Source: Mobula hypostoma (Eukaryota). From it: a DNA stretch of 64,000 bases. Both the position numbers and the translations under genes were made by a program. Positions 12,431 through 26,700 of the stretch are shown piece by piece (position 1 is the stretch's first letter; each line of letters begins with the position of its first letter). The DNA lies in assembly GCF_963921235.1 (NCBI RefSeq), contig NC_086104.1, positions 75,144,001-75,208,000 of the forward strand, given 5' to 3'. A model generated the notes under the pieces. The model saw nothing but the letters and a program-made list of their open reading frames with translations, searched no databases and was not told the DNA's origin.

Positions 12431-15249
12431 GAGGGACAGATTTCATGAAGAGAGGAAGGGAGACATCAGATCATTGTTTACTTCCAAAGTAAGCCTTCCG
12501 GCAAGGTAAAAAATTTCACAGCTTATTTCTACCTGATTTTCCTGCTTGCTCGCTTGCTTTACAGTTCCTTGCCACCCAAACCAGATCATATGCACAAGAC
12601 TGAGATTCTGAGGTTTGTGGACTTCACTTATAAACCTGCAACCATCACTGAATTACCTCAGATCAAATACAAATTCAGGTATCTTCCCAACTCTTGCTTT
12701 GCTCCTCCCCTCCCCCCCCCCCAACCTACCATTTAATTTCATCACTAACTGGCTCGCTGTGAACAACACTCTCTAGGATCTAGATAATTTTGAAGGAAGT
12801 GTGTTGGCCTCTCTGGATTTCTCTCAGCCATTTCTAATTATCAGGTTATAATTAGCTAGAATGGACATAATAAAGATTTATGATCTTTGAAAGTCATTGC
12901 CCCTCTGCTGGTGGTAATTTCCTCTTACTTAGTCTCTAAACCTCACGTTATTCAATACTTGTAAATCACTCCTTAGCCTTCTCTGCTCAAGGGAGAACAA
13001 CCTTAGCTTCACCAGTTCCTGATGGCATTACATTCCTGCCATATCTCCAGTGTAGCTTTTCCAAGGATTGATCATCTTTCTAAAGCTTGCTGCGCTCAGA
13101 ATTGGATGCAAAACAGCTGCAATATTACAACATTAGATTCAGGCTTCTGCCTACTGCTGTTGGTACTTGTACTTCCATCTCATTTCCAACCCAAGCGTTT
13201 ATGGTATTAATCAGCACAGCTACATTTAAGGTACTTCAAGGATTGAAAATATCAAAATGGAGATTACTTAATTAGCTCCTTGAATACTCACGGTAATAAA
13301 ACACAAACTGCTGACTACAAATTAGACTTGTATCCACTTGTACTGTCATCTGGAGGCTCATCATGATGCAGAAGATATGAAAGGAAAATGCTCAAAATAC
13401 TTCATCATGCTTCCCAAAAGAAAGACTATTTCAAGGTTATTTTCAATTATGTAGGCAAGAATACAGGAATTCAGATAAAAACTATTTCTTATTCACCAGT
13501 TTCTATTTTCACAGTAAATTCAAGGCATATTTAAGCATGTGGACAAAACCAAGGCAGATACCACTCAAGGTCCATCCCCTTAGCCAATTTTTTTTGTATC
13601 AGCTTTGATTTCATAGTGTTTAGTGTTACTACGGATTAAGCTGCTGACTTCATGAATCAGATTCAGTTTATCACTTCTGCCAATTGTAATGAAGGCAAAA
13701 TAAATGTTTGCCTACCTGGTCCAAGTACAGTCAATCTTTGGCAGTGACTGAATCTGTTAAATTGGACCCAAAAGGATGCGAGTGATTGAAATGAGATTAC
13801 GATTATTTCAGATTTTAAAAAACAATTTCATGATTCACCAGGTACATCTATCTTGCATGAAGAGATATTTGAGAGAAATCTGACATTCTTGCATTATTTG
13901 GCACCGCACAATAGATAATTCACTGGTACTACAAGCTATCTAAATACTAATACATGAAGCCATTTAGGAGCTTAAGCAATATCAAATACTTTATATTTAG
14001 TTATTAAATGGAGAACATTCACTCTCACTGGGACGAGATAGGGAAAATCAAATCTTCTCCAAGCTCATTTTTAAACTTAACAATAACCTTAATAATAATT
14101 GATGAATCATTGCTGCTATGATTACCACAGATTCAGCTTTCAATTGGAAATGAGCTTTGGAATATTTGGAAGAACAAGATGAATATTAAATATCTCATTC
14201 CTTTCTCTGGGCTAAAAACAAATTCAGTCCTGTCACAAAATCTGCCACAATACAAGTAATTAAAATCAAAGACATTTACCTCCCCTGGCTGCTTTCTGAA
14301 TTAATATCTCATACCAAGCAGTTAGCAATTTAAAAAAGCAACAAAACACGGGTCATTACCAAGTCATTTTAAACTCCTGTTGGAATTGCTAGGCTTAATT
14401 ATCAAACCTGTTGTATCAGCAACAAGGCAGGTCTTCCTGTATTACATAAACCATGTGTTTAATAAAACTGTTGATTTACACACTAACTTCATACTTTATT
14501 CTGACTAATAAAGTCAGAAATACCTTTTGGATATAATAATTATAGTTCAAAAGAAAGCACTTTTGTTTATACATAAATAAAATAGGAGATAGCAGGTGGT
14601 AGGTGGGGTGCTGAGATGGTTGAAGGGAAGTAATTTTATCTGTCTGCACTGAGTGTTTTCACGCAGATGCAGGCAACGTTCAGTTTACAGCTATCAAATT
14701 ATTTCTCCTGGAGAAAAGAGAAACAATGGACAAGCACCAGGTGCTCAAACGGGACCAAGTTGCTGATAAAATGAATACAAACTCATTGTTCAGATGGAAA
14801 GGTTAAAGACAGAATTGGAAAATTTCACACACACGATAAAAAATATTTTGTCCCTAAATTGTGCCACACTGGAAAATACTTAAATGAAAGACAAGAATCA
14901 CCTTGGTTATAAGCGTATTCCTTTAATAACAGCTGGACAGATAGCACTGCAATACACAAGGCAAATAATAAAGCTCAAAAAATAAAAATGCAAAAGGGAT
15001 GTGACAATCTAATTTTGTCTGGAATATGATACTGTGTTTGAATTTGAAGTTTGTCTTTGTTAGGGAAAAATGGCAAATTGGCATTGTATTTTTTAATGTT
15101 TGATTGCCTGCAGGCAACATCACAGCCTTCGTCCAAACAAACCAAATAACTAAACTCTAAATGCAAGATAAAAATGATTGCCCTTCACATCAAGGCAGTT
15201 TTGATTGAGGGTGCTGTCAAAGAGTTGTACAAAACTGAAGTCAAAGGGA

Positions 15250-15890
15250 AAATTGCCTACCTCACACAAAGGAAGATATGTCCTTGATGAAGATCCATCA
15301 TCCCATCTCCAGAACATCACTGCAGGAATTGTACACAAGTGTCCCAAACCCAATCACATTTAGCTGCTTCATCAGTGAACTTCTCACAAGCTCAGAGTGG
15401 AAAAATGTGCTAATTATTACACAATTGCATCCCTGATATCTGAAAACAGGAATCACAGCCTCGAACTAAAGGGGCAGGAATTCAGGACAGAGATGAGGAG
15501 AAATTTCTTCACCCAGAGAGGAGAGGATCTCTTGAAATTAAAAGTAGAAAATGCTGAAATATTCAGTAGGACAGGATGCATCTAAGAGGAGAAACAGAGG
15601 TATTGTCTCAGGTAGAACCAGAATTTTTGCTCTCTTTCACATAGATGCGGTCTGACCTGATTTTCAGTTTTTACTTCAGATTTCCAGTACCTACTTGAAT
15701 CTTATGTCAAGAGAGTTCTGGACACACAGTAACCAAGAAGGAAATCAATAGATTTTTAAACACTAAGGATCCCATGTGACATGGTGCTGGCAAAAAGATC
15801 ATATTGAGGTAAAAGATCAACCATAATATTTTAATGTGTCAGAGCAGGCAAGAGGGACCAAATAACCTCTTTCCACTTCAAGCTCTTAAA
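15250..15890 (+). mobile_element. Old CR1 3' fragment interrupted by a short inverted pair of PLE tails (15541-15692)
   Basis: cacagcctcgaactaaaggggcaggaattcaggacagagatgaggagaaatttcttcacccagag (GHSL...FRTEMRRNFFTQR motif). Confidence 0.65.
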
Positions 15891-17479
15891 CTCATCTGTT
15901 GTCATCATGGCTAATGAATCTTTTAAACTTAAAAATACAAATTCAACATGGTTTTGAACATCCTCTTTAAATGAACAGCTGAATAACATTCCCAAGCAAA
16001 ATTTTGCAGACCAATTAATCCCGTTAATTTACTCCAAATTTCCAATCAAAGAAAGATGCAACACAGAATACCATTCCTCTTCTTACACCTTTGCCCTTTT
16101 GTGCAAACTTATCTATTTATTCTCCATTGCTCTGCAACAGTTTTTCTTTGGTGCTTATCCAATTCCCTTTTGAAAGCTACTGTTGCATCTGTCTCAAACA
16201 TCCTTAGCTCTGATGTGCAAATAATTAATGCTACACTACAGTTATCTTGGGAAAATTCCTTCATTTTCAAACCAAGTAATGTATTTAAATTGAGCAATGC
16301 TCACACTGAAAATCCATGCATTTTTGTTTACTATTTTGGACATAGAACACTGATCCTCTGGTTCACTTGCAAAGCCATTCCATTAACAACGGTTCAGGTA
16401 AATTTCATGCCATGGGATCCGCCATTTTATCACAAGACCTGAAGAACTATGGGGATTTCAAACACTTTAACATTTAGTAGGGGTAGCAACCTAATGCATC
16501 AAAGCAGCAATAACAAATAAAGGGCTGCTTTGAAGCAAATACTTTCCTGACCTTGCAGTGGAATGCCTTAATTTTTGTAACAGTATTTTATCTATTGATG
16601 AGTCTCTGTGAATCCAGGAATGCACACTCAGGAATAAATCAACTCACATTTTAAACTTAAGTGCACGTTAACATTGATTGCTTCTTGTGAAAAGGGCCAG
16701 TAATTAGATTGCCAAGCTTACGTTTCAAAGTTATTCCCAACACTTGTGAAATGCTATTCATCTGCTGTGTCTTCCCAAGAGAAATTAAACTCACAGCCAC
16801 TGTTCCTATAAAAACTAAGTGTGTTACAACAACACCAAGTACTCAATTGCTTTCTGATCCACTGGGCTGCATACATCATGAAAAACGGTTATTTGCATTT
16901 AAAGTAAAATGCTTTACCATCAAAATTTTAAAGTACAGCCAATAGAGGAGAGAGGGACTGGCATCCAATGAAACGCACATCAAATGCCCTTAATTCATTA
17001 ATTATTAATTTTCCTTCTCCTATCGGATATAAAGTAGGTCCAAGTCAGAATACAAATGCAAACTGCTTACTTCTAAATGTGATTCTGTGTGACATATCAG
17101 GTGAAGGAGCTGTTAAAATTGAACACAGAAGTTAAAAGTTGCTATGTGTTAGTGCTGACCAGGCAGTAGAAATAAATAACTGGCTTTATCCTTACACATG
17201 TTAAAGCTACTGTCAGTAGTTACTCAAGCACAGCGAATTGTTTCTCTGCAACAAAGGAGCAAGACCTCCCACCAAAGAAAACATCCTGAAGGCAGCAGTT
17301 TTAGTTAAAACACAACGAGGCTTGTGGCTAAACATTCAACAAGAATCTCTGGCAATTTATGAAAACAAAATAATACCAAGGAATATCTGGAGACTCATAC
17401 AGAATCACAAAATGATCCATTCATCCTTAGGTCCCTGTAGCAGCTCTTTGCAAAGGTCATCCAACCAATTCCTCTCATT

Positions 17480-20400
17480 GAATATACAAGAGTATAGCAC
17501 AGGAACAGGCCCCGCAGCCCACAATCTAATCAAATTAGTAATCAAATTGGCAACCTTCCCGATCACATCTGCCTACACAACGACCATATCCTTCCATTTT
17601 CCTCCCATTCATGTCCCTATGTAAATGTCTCTTAAAAGTTTCTCATGTTTTTGCCTCCATCAACACTCCAGGCACCCAGCACTCGCTGTGTGAAAGAAAA
17701 TCTTGCCCCTCACATCTCCTTTGAAATTACCCCCTCTCACCTTAAATGTTCTCTGGTATTATACATTTCAATCTTGGGAAAAAGATACTGTCTGTTTGCT
17801 CTATCTTTGCCTCCCATAACCCTATAAACCTCTGTCAGATCTCCCCCTTGGCCTCTGCTGCTCCAGAGAAAACCTAAGTTTGTCCAGCATCCTATTATAA
17901 CACATGTCCTCTAATGCCTTCTGCACCCTCTGATATGCTCTTCTGCACCCTTTCCAAAGCCTCAACATACTTCCCATGGTGAGGCAACCAGAACTGTATG
18001 CAATACTCCAGTTGCTGACTAATAAAGCAGCAACATAACTTCTAGACTTTTGAATTCAATGCCTCTATTAATAAAGGCAAACATTACACATGCCTTCTTA
18101 AGCACCTGTGTCACCATTTTCAGGGAGATGTGAATTTCGTCTCCAAGATCCCTCTACTCATCTACACTGCCAAGGGTCTTCCCCTTAACAGTGACCTGCC
18201 TCTTTACATTTGACCTACCAAGGTGCAACACTTCACACCTGGCCAGGTGAAACTCCATCTGCCATTTCTCTGCCCATGTCTGCAACTGATCTATATCCGA
18301 TTATATTCTTTTGCCAGTCTTCTATGCTATCCACAACACCACCAAGCTTTATATCATCTGCAAACACATTTTCATCCAGGTCATTTATATACATCACAAA
18401 CAATACAGGTCTCAGTACAGATCCCAGTGGAACACCACTAGTGACAGACCTCCTGCTAGAATCAGTCCCGCTGTCTTCTATGGGCAAGCCAGTTGGCCAA
18501 TTCACCATGAGCAACTTATAGATGAGCCTCCTATGAGAGACCTTGTCAAATGCCTTACTAAAATCCATGTAAAGGACATCCACAGCTCTACTTTTATCAC
18601 TCTTGTCATCTCATCAAAAACCCCAATCAAGTTAGTAAGACATTACCTGCCCCAGGATGGCTCTCACTAATTAGGCCATGGTTTTCCAAATGCTCATAAA
18701 TCCTATCCCTAATAATCCTCCCCAATAACTTCCCTACCACTTGAGTAATCGTCTCCAGGATTAACTCTGGTTCCCTTTTTGAATAATGGAACAACATTAG
18801 CTACTCCCAGGACCTCACCTGTGGCTAGAGAGGACACAAGGATATTGGTCAAGGCCCTAGCAATCTCTTCTCTTACCTCTCTCAATAACCAAGGGTATAT
18901 CTCATCAGACCCCTGGGGATTTAGCCACCTTAATGCTCTTGAAGAGACCCAACAGAACCTCCTCCTTTACTTCGAAATACCCAAGCATATGAATACACTC
19001 AGCATTGATTCTCAAGGACTCTGTTTGATTCTACCTTCCTAAGCTTTACATAATTTTCCCTTTTTCTTCTCCACTAAATTCATCACTTCTCTCAACATCC
19101 AGAGTCATAGAGAAGTACAGCACAGAAACAGGCCTTTCAGCCCATCTAGTCCGTGCTGAAACCATTTAAACTACCTACTTCCATTGGCCTGCACCAGGAT
19201 CATAGCCTCTATACCCCAATCATTCATGTACCGATTCAGACTTCTCTTAAACCTTGAGATTAAGCTCACATACATGACTTGTGCTGGCAGCTCATTATAC
19301 ACTCTCAAAACCCTCTGACTGAGAAGTTTCCCTTCATGTTCCACTTAAACTTTTCACCTTTCACCCTTAACCCAAGACCTCTGGTTCCAATCTCACCCCA
19401 ACCTCAGTGGAAAATACCTACTTGCATTAACCCTATCTATACCCCTGCATTTCATATACTTCTATCAAATATCCTCTCAATCTTCTACGTTCTAAGGACT
19501 ACAGTCCTAACCTACTCAGTCTTTCCTTACAACTCAGGTCTTCCAGACCCAGCAACACCCTCACAAATTTTCTCTGAACTTCTTCAAACTTGTTTATATC
19601 TTTCGCTTACATAGATGACAAAAACTGCATACAATACTCCAAGTTAGGCCAAGTTCCAAGGTTGTCTTATCTTGCTGTTCTTGTCCTCCATTCTGACTGG
19701 AAAATCCCTGTCCTGTACTCTTTGTGGTTGATCTTTAAACTTCCTCCTCGTGTTGAATGTGGACTTGCCCAAAAACAGCTGCTCCCAGTTAATTCTCCTT
19801 AGTTTCTACCTAATGTTCTCCAATTTAACACATTCCTGTAAACTCCATACTTAATCCTTATCTATAGCTATCTTAGTATTTAATGAGTTGTGGTCACTGT
19901 TCTCAAACTACTCTCACTCCCTCACTGAAAGCTCATTCACCTGTTAGGCCCATTCCCCAATACCAGATCAACAGTACAGCCCATTCACTTGCTGGACAAT
20001 CTACATATTGATTTAAAAATCCCTCCTGGATGCACCTAACAAATTTTGCCCCACCTAAACCATTTACACCAAGAAGGCCACTGTTAAAATAGGCAAGTTG
20101 AAATCCCTCATGACAACAATCTTATTAATTTTACAACCTTCCTTAATTTGCCTGCATATCTGTTCCTCAATGTCCCGCTGGGTACTGGGGGTGTTTGTAG
20201 TACAGTCCCATCAGAGTGATTGTACTCTTCCTATTTTTGAATTCTATCTATATAGACTCAGTGGACGAGCTCTCCACTATGTCCCTTTTGAGTGCAGCTG
20301 TGATATTGTCCCTGATTAGTAGTTCAACTCCACCTTCCCCTTTACCTTCCTCTCTTATCTTTTCTAAAGCATCAAAACCCTGCAATATTTAGTACCCATT

Positions 20401-22330
20401 CTTGTCCCTCTTTCAACTGAGCCTCTGTAACAGCCACATCATAGCTCCGTGCACTGATCCATGCTCTAAGTTAATCACCTTTACCCATAATACTCTTAGC
20501 ATTAAAGTACACATCTGTCCTATTGTATCTATTTCTTTGCTCCTGTCTGGTTTTACTGGCCCTGACATCTACCTTCCTCTCCATCCCTGCACTTTCTGAC
20601 CTGGTGCTCTGGTTCCCAATCCCTGCCAAACTAGTTTAAACCCTCCTGAATAGCACTAGCAAACTTCCTGGCCAGGATATTTGTCCCCCTCCACCTCAGG
20701 TACAACTGGTTCTTCTTATACAGGTCACCCTTGCCCAAAAGAGATTCCAATGATCCAACAACCTGAAACCATGCCCCCCGGCATCTCAACGTCAGTAAGA
20801 CAAAAGACCTGTCTGTGGACTTCAGGAAGGGTAAGACGAAGAAGCACATACCAATCCTCATAGAGAGATTCAAGTACCTCGGTGTCAAGATTTCTGAGGA
20901 TCTAACCTGGTCCCAGCATATGGATGTAGTTATAAAGAAAGCAAGACAGTGGCTATACTTTATTAGGAGTTTGAAGGGATTTGGCATGTCAACAAATACA
21001 CTCAAAAACTTCTATAGTTGTACGGTGGAGAACATTCTGACAGGCTGCATCACTCTCTGGTATGGAGGAGCTACTGCACAGGACCGAAAGAAGCTGCAGA
21101 AGGTTGTAAATCTAGTCAGCTCCATCTTGGGCACTAGCCTACAAAGTACCCAGGACATCTTTAGGAAGTGGTGTCTCAGAAAGGCAGTGTCCATTTTTCA
21201 GGACCTCCAGCACCCAGGGCATGATCTTTTCTCATGGTTACCATCAGGTAGGAGGTACAGAAGCCTGAAGGCACACACTCAGCGATTCAGGAACAGCTTC
21301 TTCCCCTCTGCTATCCGATTCCTAAATAGACGCTGAAGCTTTGGACAACACTTCACTTTTTTTAATATACAGTATTTCCACTTCTGCACATTTTAAAAAA
21401 TCTATTCAATACACGTAATTGATTTACTTTTTTATTTATTGTTATGCTTTTTTTTTTCTTCCTCTCTGCTAGATTATGTATTGTATTGCTGCTGCTAAGT
21501 TAACAAATTTCATGTCACATGCCAGTGATAATAAACCTGATTCTGATTCACCAGTTCCTCAGCAACTTATTCATCTATACTATCAATCTATTCCTGCCCT
21601 GACTAGCACATGGCACTGCGAGTAATCCAGAGATTACAACCTTGGAGGTTCTGATCTTCAGCTTCTTTTCAAACTCCCGGATTCGCTGCGAAGGGCCCCT
21701 CCCCCACTTTTTACCTTTGTCATTGGTGCCAATGTGCACCACGACGTCTGACTGCTCACCCTTCCCCTTCAGAATATTCTGCAGCCACTCGGAGACATCT
21801 GTGTCCTAGCACGTGGGAGGCAACACACTATCATGGCTTCTCTGTCATGGCCACAGAATCTCCTGTTCATTCTCCTATCGAGTCTTTGATCACTTAAACT
21901 GCCCAACTTTACCCTTCCTCGCTGAGCCCCAGAACTGGCTACAGTGCTGGCCTGGTGGCTGCTGCTGCTTTCTCCTGATAGACCATCCTCCCCCACCCCA
22001 CCTCTCCCTCCCCCCAGCAGTATCCACTTGTTGCTGAGGGGAATGGCCACGGGAGAACTCTGCACTGACTGCTTAATCCCCTGTCTTCTCCTGATGGCTA
22101 CCCGTCTATTATCTGAAGCCTGCACTCTGGGTGTGGCCACTTCAGTGGAAGTTTTATCTATGAGGTTTTCAGCTTTCTGGATAGTTTTAAGTACATCCAG
22201 TTCCAGTTCCTTGACCTTGTCAGTCATGAACTGAAGTTGGGCACACTTCCTGCAGATGTGGTCATCAGGGGACCATTAGGTATCCTGAAATCTGACATCT
22301 CACTGGAAGAGCATTCCAGCACCCTGACTA
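17480..22330 (-). mobile_element. Near full-length degenerate CR1 LINE (ORF1 with esterase-like domain, then EN and RT), with nested insertions
   Basis: RT motifs in ORF 18233-18583 ([24 protein letters not shown]). ORF1 remnant at 21769-22227 (VKELEL...PVAIPLSNK). A second CR1 3' end is nested at ~19101-19650 and a Rex element at 20784-21550. Confidence 0.85.
20784..21550 (+). mobile_element. Rex1/Babar LINE, 5'-truncated, nested in CR1
   Basis: ORF 20815-21336 FKYLGVKISEDLTWS...KARQWLYFIRSL...LPSGRRYRS...FRNSFFPSAIR; tail aataaacctgattctgatt. Confidence 0.9.
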
Positions 22331-23439
22331 CTCCCCTATCTACACCGAATTCAGGACTAGAGACTTACTGACAACAAAAAAAAATGTTCACCTGCTCTTA
22401 CCTGTGCCTCCTCTCTGAAACCTTTAAGTTTTGCATTCATCTAGGTCACTTACTCAGCTTCTTTCACCAAGCTCTTTATACCTCTGGCTCTAACTTCTCA
22501 AGCCTAAGTTCCAAATCAAAACTAAATGATAACAAATGACTCAGAAGCATCCCTAGCCTCCATCTGTTCTCGCCAAACCCTCCCACTCTAACGCTGGTCC
22601 ACTGCAACAATGTCTGCTCCACTTACATCTCCCTTCTTTTTATTGGCTCAATTGTTCTTTTCAAATGGCTCCTGTCCGTCAACGATGTCGCTCTCTCACT
22701 CACTACTTCAAATTACATTTGGCTTTTTGTAGATTCTGTTGTATTTCATTTTTTTTCCTGTAAATGCCTTGTATTTTTGTACATTGTTTTTTATTTATGT
22801 ATGGCTTTTCAAAGGTATTACTGTATTTCTTTATTTTTCCCTGCAAATGCCACACTGTTTAAAGAACAACATTCACAGACTTTGATCACTTGGTCTCGAT
22901 TCTCCACTGCTTCAGTCAACTGCTTTCTCTGCTGAACAGCCATAAACACATTCCCAGTTTTGTTCTAAATAACTCTCCCCATATTTTTATTCCAAATTGC
23001 CCTTCCAAAAATTGAACACACACGATTATGAAACTCAATATTTATGCCTGTGACGTTTGAGCTTTTGAGACTGGAACAATTAAGTGTAAGGAATAATCTC
23101 GCAGAGATACAAGAATTATAAAGTGGTGCAGGAGAAGCTAAATCTATGATCTTACTTTAAGACTTGGTGACACAACTCTGGACCAGCAATACTTACTGGT
23201 ACGTAGGGTTATTACTTATATACCACAGTGTTTTCATAATCACAGAAAGCAAAGCGTACTTGAACTTAATAGGTATTTATTACTGTCACTCATTAAATGG
23301 AGTGAGACATTCAGAAGAATGTGAAGTGACCACATAAAAACATAAGAAGTTCTGAGAGAGATTGACAGGAAAAATATGAAGTTATTCCCAGGAGGAATAT
23401 TATTAGGTTAGTTATTTTCTTTCAATTTTATATAGCGTA

Positions 23440-23700
23440 AAAACAAGTCTGTGCTGATCAACGAGCATGTGTTTACACTAACCCCCTAGACTAATCACAT
23501 TTTATTCTTCCCACATTCCCATCAATTCAAACATTTACCCCTCAGACTCAGAGCAATTCACAACAGCTAATTAAACTACCAACCAATGTCTTTTGAACAT
23601 AGGAGGAAACTGGAACATCTTGGCAGAAACCCATGCAGTCACAGGGAAAATGTGCAAGCACCATGCCAGAGGTCAGTATCAAATTGAGCCACCTTCCAAG
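23440..23700 (-). mobile_element. V-SINE (HE1-like) remnant
   Basis: aggaggaaactggaac...gaaacccatgcagtcacagggaaaatgtgcaa is the reverse complement of the V-domain core. Confidence 0.7.
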
Positions 23701-24723
23701 TGTTAAAAGTCTTTCAAATTCCTTACTAAAATGGGTGTGACTGTGCAATTGTTGTGTATATTAAAGAGTGAAGAATAGATTTTTGAGCACAAATGCATCA
23801 AAGGCGGCAAAATTCAGGCAGGAAACTACACTTTATCATAATCTTGCTGAATGGTTCCAGAGGATGTAAAGTCCACTCTAATTTGTTATTTTTATGTTAT
23901 CGTGGAAAACACTATCTTAATACAATTTGCTGTTTAGCATTCTGGTTGCAGAATATCACTGAAGATATAACTGCACTGATTACACCGGTAGAGATTATTG
24001 TTTCATAGTGCTGGAGCAATCCAATATTTCAAAAGATATATCCCTATTGCAATCTCAAGGGATTACTGGTGGGACTAAGACAACACAAGGAATAAGGATT
24101 GCATGTGTCTGCAGTTAATGGTTCAGTTTATTCATTATACATTTGTAAAACATTCACTAAAGTAAGTAATAAATTAAGACCTGAACATAATGTAGACTAC
24201 ATTATCCAAAATTAAATTCATTGAGTGCTTAAGACTACAGGGATAAAAGTTTAAAAGGAGTGAGACTATACATAGCTCTTTCTTGCATTTGTTCATAAAG
24301 ATAAATAAGTCTACTTAAATTAATAGAAAATTAAAACATTGATTTTTAATTAATCAAATGTCTGAATATAGAAAGGTGCCAGAAAAAGGCCAGCAATATC
24401 AAGAAAAATCTCACCCACCCTGCTTATGGACTGTTTAAGACCATTAGGAGCAGAATTAGGCCACAGTCTATCATATCTGCTCTGCCATTTCATCATGGTG
24501 AATCCAATTTTCCTCCAATCTCCTGCCTTCTCGCAGTATCCCTTCAGGTTTGTCTCACTCCCATCAGGGAAGAGGCAATGCAGCACCCCTGCCAGAACCA
24601 CCAGACTCAAAAACTGGTACTTTCCCCAAGCTGTCAGGCAGGACACCACCTCCACACATTAACCCACCCCACAAACCCTACCACCAACACATACTCATCA
24701 CCTCGGATCACTTTATGTATAGA

Positions 24724-26033
24724 TCTCTCATTCTCTATCTCTGGAGACAGACTGTCCACTGACATCTACTACAAGCCCACTGACTCTCATAACTACCTCA
24801 ACTATACCTCTTCCCACCCCGCCACATGCAAAAATGCCATTCCCTATTCCCAGTTCCTCCGTCTCCACCGCATCTGCTCCGAGGATGAGATTTTCTGTTC
24901 CAGGACATCTCAAATGTTCTCTTTCTTTAAGGATCGTGGTTTCCCATCTGCTGTCATCAATGATGCCCTCACCCGCATCTCCTCCATTTCCCGCACTTCG
25001 GCTCTCACCCCATCTTCCCGCCACCACAACAGGGACAGTGTTCTCCTTGTCCTCACCCACCACCCCACTAGCCTCCGGATCCAGCACATTATCCTCAGCA
25101 ACTTCCGCCACCTTCAACAGGACCCCACCACTAAGCACATGTTTCCCTCTCCACCCCTCTCTGCTTTCCGCAGGGATCGGTCCCTCCGCGACTCCCTTAT
25201 CCACATGTCCCTCCCCATGGATCTCTCACCCGGCACTTATCCCTGTAAGCACAAGTCCTACACCTGTCCCTACACCTCCTCTCTTGCCACCATTCAGGGC
25301 CCCAAATAGTACTTCCAAGTAAGGCAACACTTCACTTGTGAGTCTATTGGGGTCATCTATTGCATCTGGTGCTCCCGGTGCGGCCTCCTCTACATTAGTG
25401 AAACCCGACGCAGATTGGGGGACCGCTTCGTCAAGCACCTCCACTCCGTCCGCCAAAACAGACAGGATCTCCCAGTAGCCTCTTCAACTCTGCTTCCCAC
25501 TCCGATTCGGATATGTCCATACATGGCCTCCTCTACTGCCATGATGAGGCTAAACTCAGGTTGGAGGAGCAATGCCTCATATACTGTCTAGGTAGTCTCC
25601 AGCCCCTTGGTATGAACATAGAATTCTCCAACTTCCGGTAACTCCCTCCCCCTCCCTTCCCCTATCCCTATTTCACTCTGCCCCCTCCCCCAGCTGCCTA
25701 TCACCTCCCTCATGGTTCCGCCTCCTTCTACTACCCATTGTGTTTTCCCCTATTCCTTCTTCACCTTTCCTGCCTATCACCGCCCTGCCTCCCCTCCCAC
25801 ACCCCTTTATCTTTCCCCTTACTGGTTTTTCACCTGGAACCTACCAGCCTTCTCCTTCCAACCCTCCTCCCACCTTCTTTATAGGGCCTCTGCCCCTTCC
25901 CCCTACAGTCCTGACGAAGGGTTCCGGCCCGAAACGTCAACCGATCTTTTCCACAGATGCTGCCCGACCTGCTGAATTCCTCCAGCGTGTTGTGAGTGTT
26001 GCTTTGACCCCAGCATCTGCAGATTATTTTGTG
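24724..26033 (+). mobile_element. Penelope-like element (Neptune type), 5'-truncated
   Basis: TDIYYKPTD...SSHP...IPYSQFLRLHRICS, followed by GIY-YIG coding remnants and a pyrimidine-rich 3' UTR with an HHR. 12-bp TSD tttatgtataga at 24712-24723 and 26034-26045. Confidence 0.92.
25907..25942 (+). ncRNA. Minimal type I hammerhead ribozyme motif with damaged stem I
   Basis: AGTC-CTGACGA-AGGG-TTCCGG-CCC-GAAA-CG-TC-AACC: the catalytic core is intact but the 3' strand of stem I is mismatched. Confidence 0.7.
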
Positions 26034-26216
26034 TTTATGTATAGACTGTTACTTATACATTGTATTTTATAAGATTGATTTAGTATTTATATTTGTTGTG
26101 TTTTTATTGTGTTCTTTACTATACTGTGTTTTTATGCTGCATCGGATCCTTAGTTTCAACCCAATCATTTCATTCTCCTTTACAATTGTGTACTGAAGAA
26201 TGACAATAAACAATCT

Positions 26217-26700
26217 CAGACATCCCACCCTGCAAAACTCATTTCAGTGAGGTAGCACCATCAATTTGTGGGAGACTCTCGGAACTTCCAGGAGAGGTGG
26301 GATGTCTGCAATAGAGTAGTTCCTTAGCAGCTAGCCAGCTAGTTTAAATAATGTTAGCTATGCTAATGAACGAATGACAACTGTTAAACTCATCTCAACA
26401 TGTCTTTTACAGTCTTAACCCACCATGGGCAATAGAAAAATCACGGTTGCAAACAGAGCAGCGAGCAACACTGTCATTATTTTTGACCCCTTTAGGCAGG
26501 GGTACACTTTAGGGTAGTCTGGGGTGACGTACATTTTATTTTTTTTGGAACACTCCCTTGGGGGTGGGTGGGTGGGTGGAGGTCTCTTTCTCTCTCAAAA
26601 AAATTGATTTCCGGGATATTGTATATAATTTGCGGGCATCAGGGAGCCACTATTAATATGCAGGAGACTCCCAGAACTACTGGGAGAGGTGGGATGTCTG
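26217..26700. mobile_element. Non-autonomous DNA transposon (MITE) with a duplicated right end
   Basis: TIR cagacatcccacc (26217-26229), with its reverse complement at 26296-26308 and 26688-26700; caatct flanks both outer ends. Confidence 0.75.

Larger units (their letters stand above)
24360..26216 (+). mobile_element. Rex1/Babar 3' fragment hosting a short CR1 end (~24432-24545) and a PLE
   Basis: LPSGKRQ...TTRLKNWYFPQAVR; the 3' UTR resumes after the PLE and ends gaatgacaataaacaatct. Confidence 0.7.
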
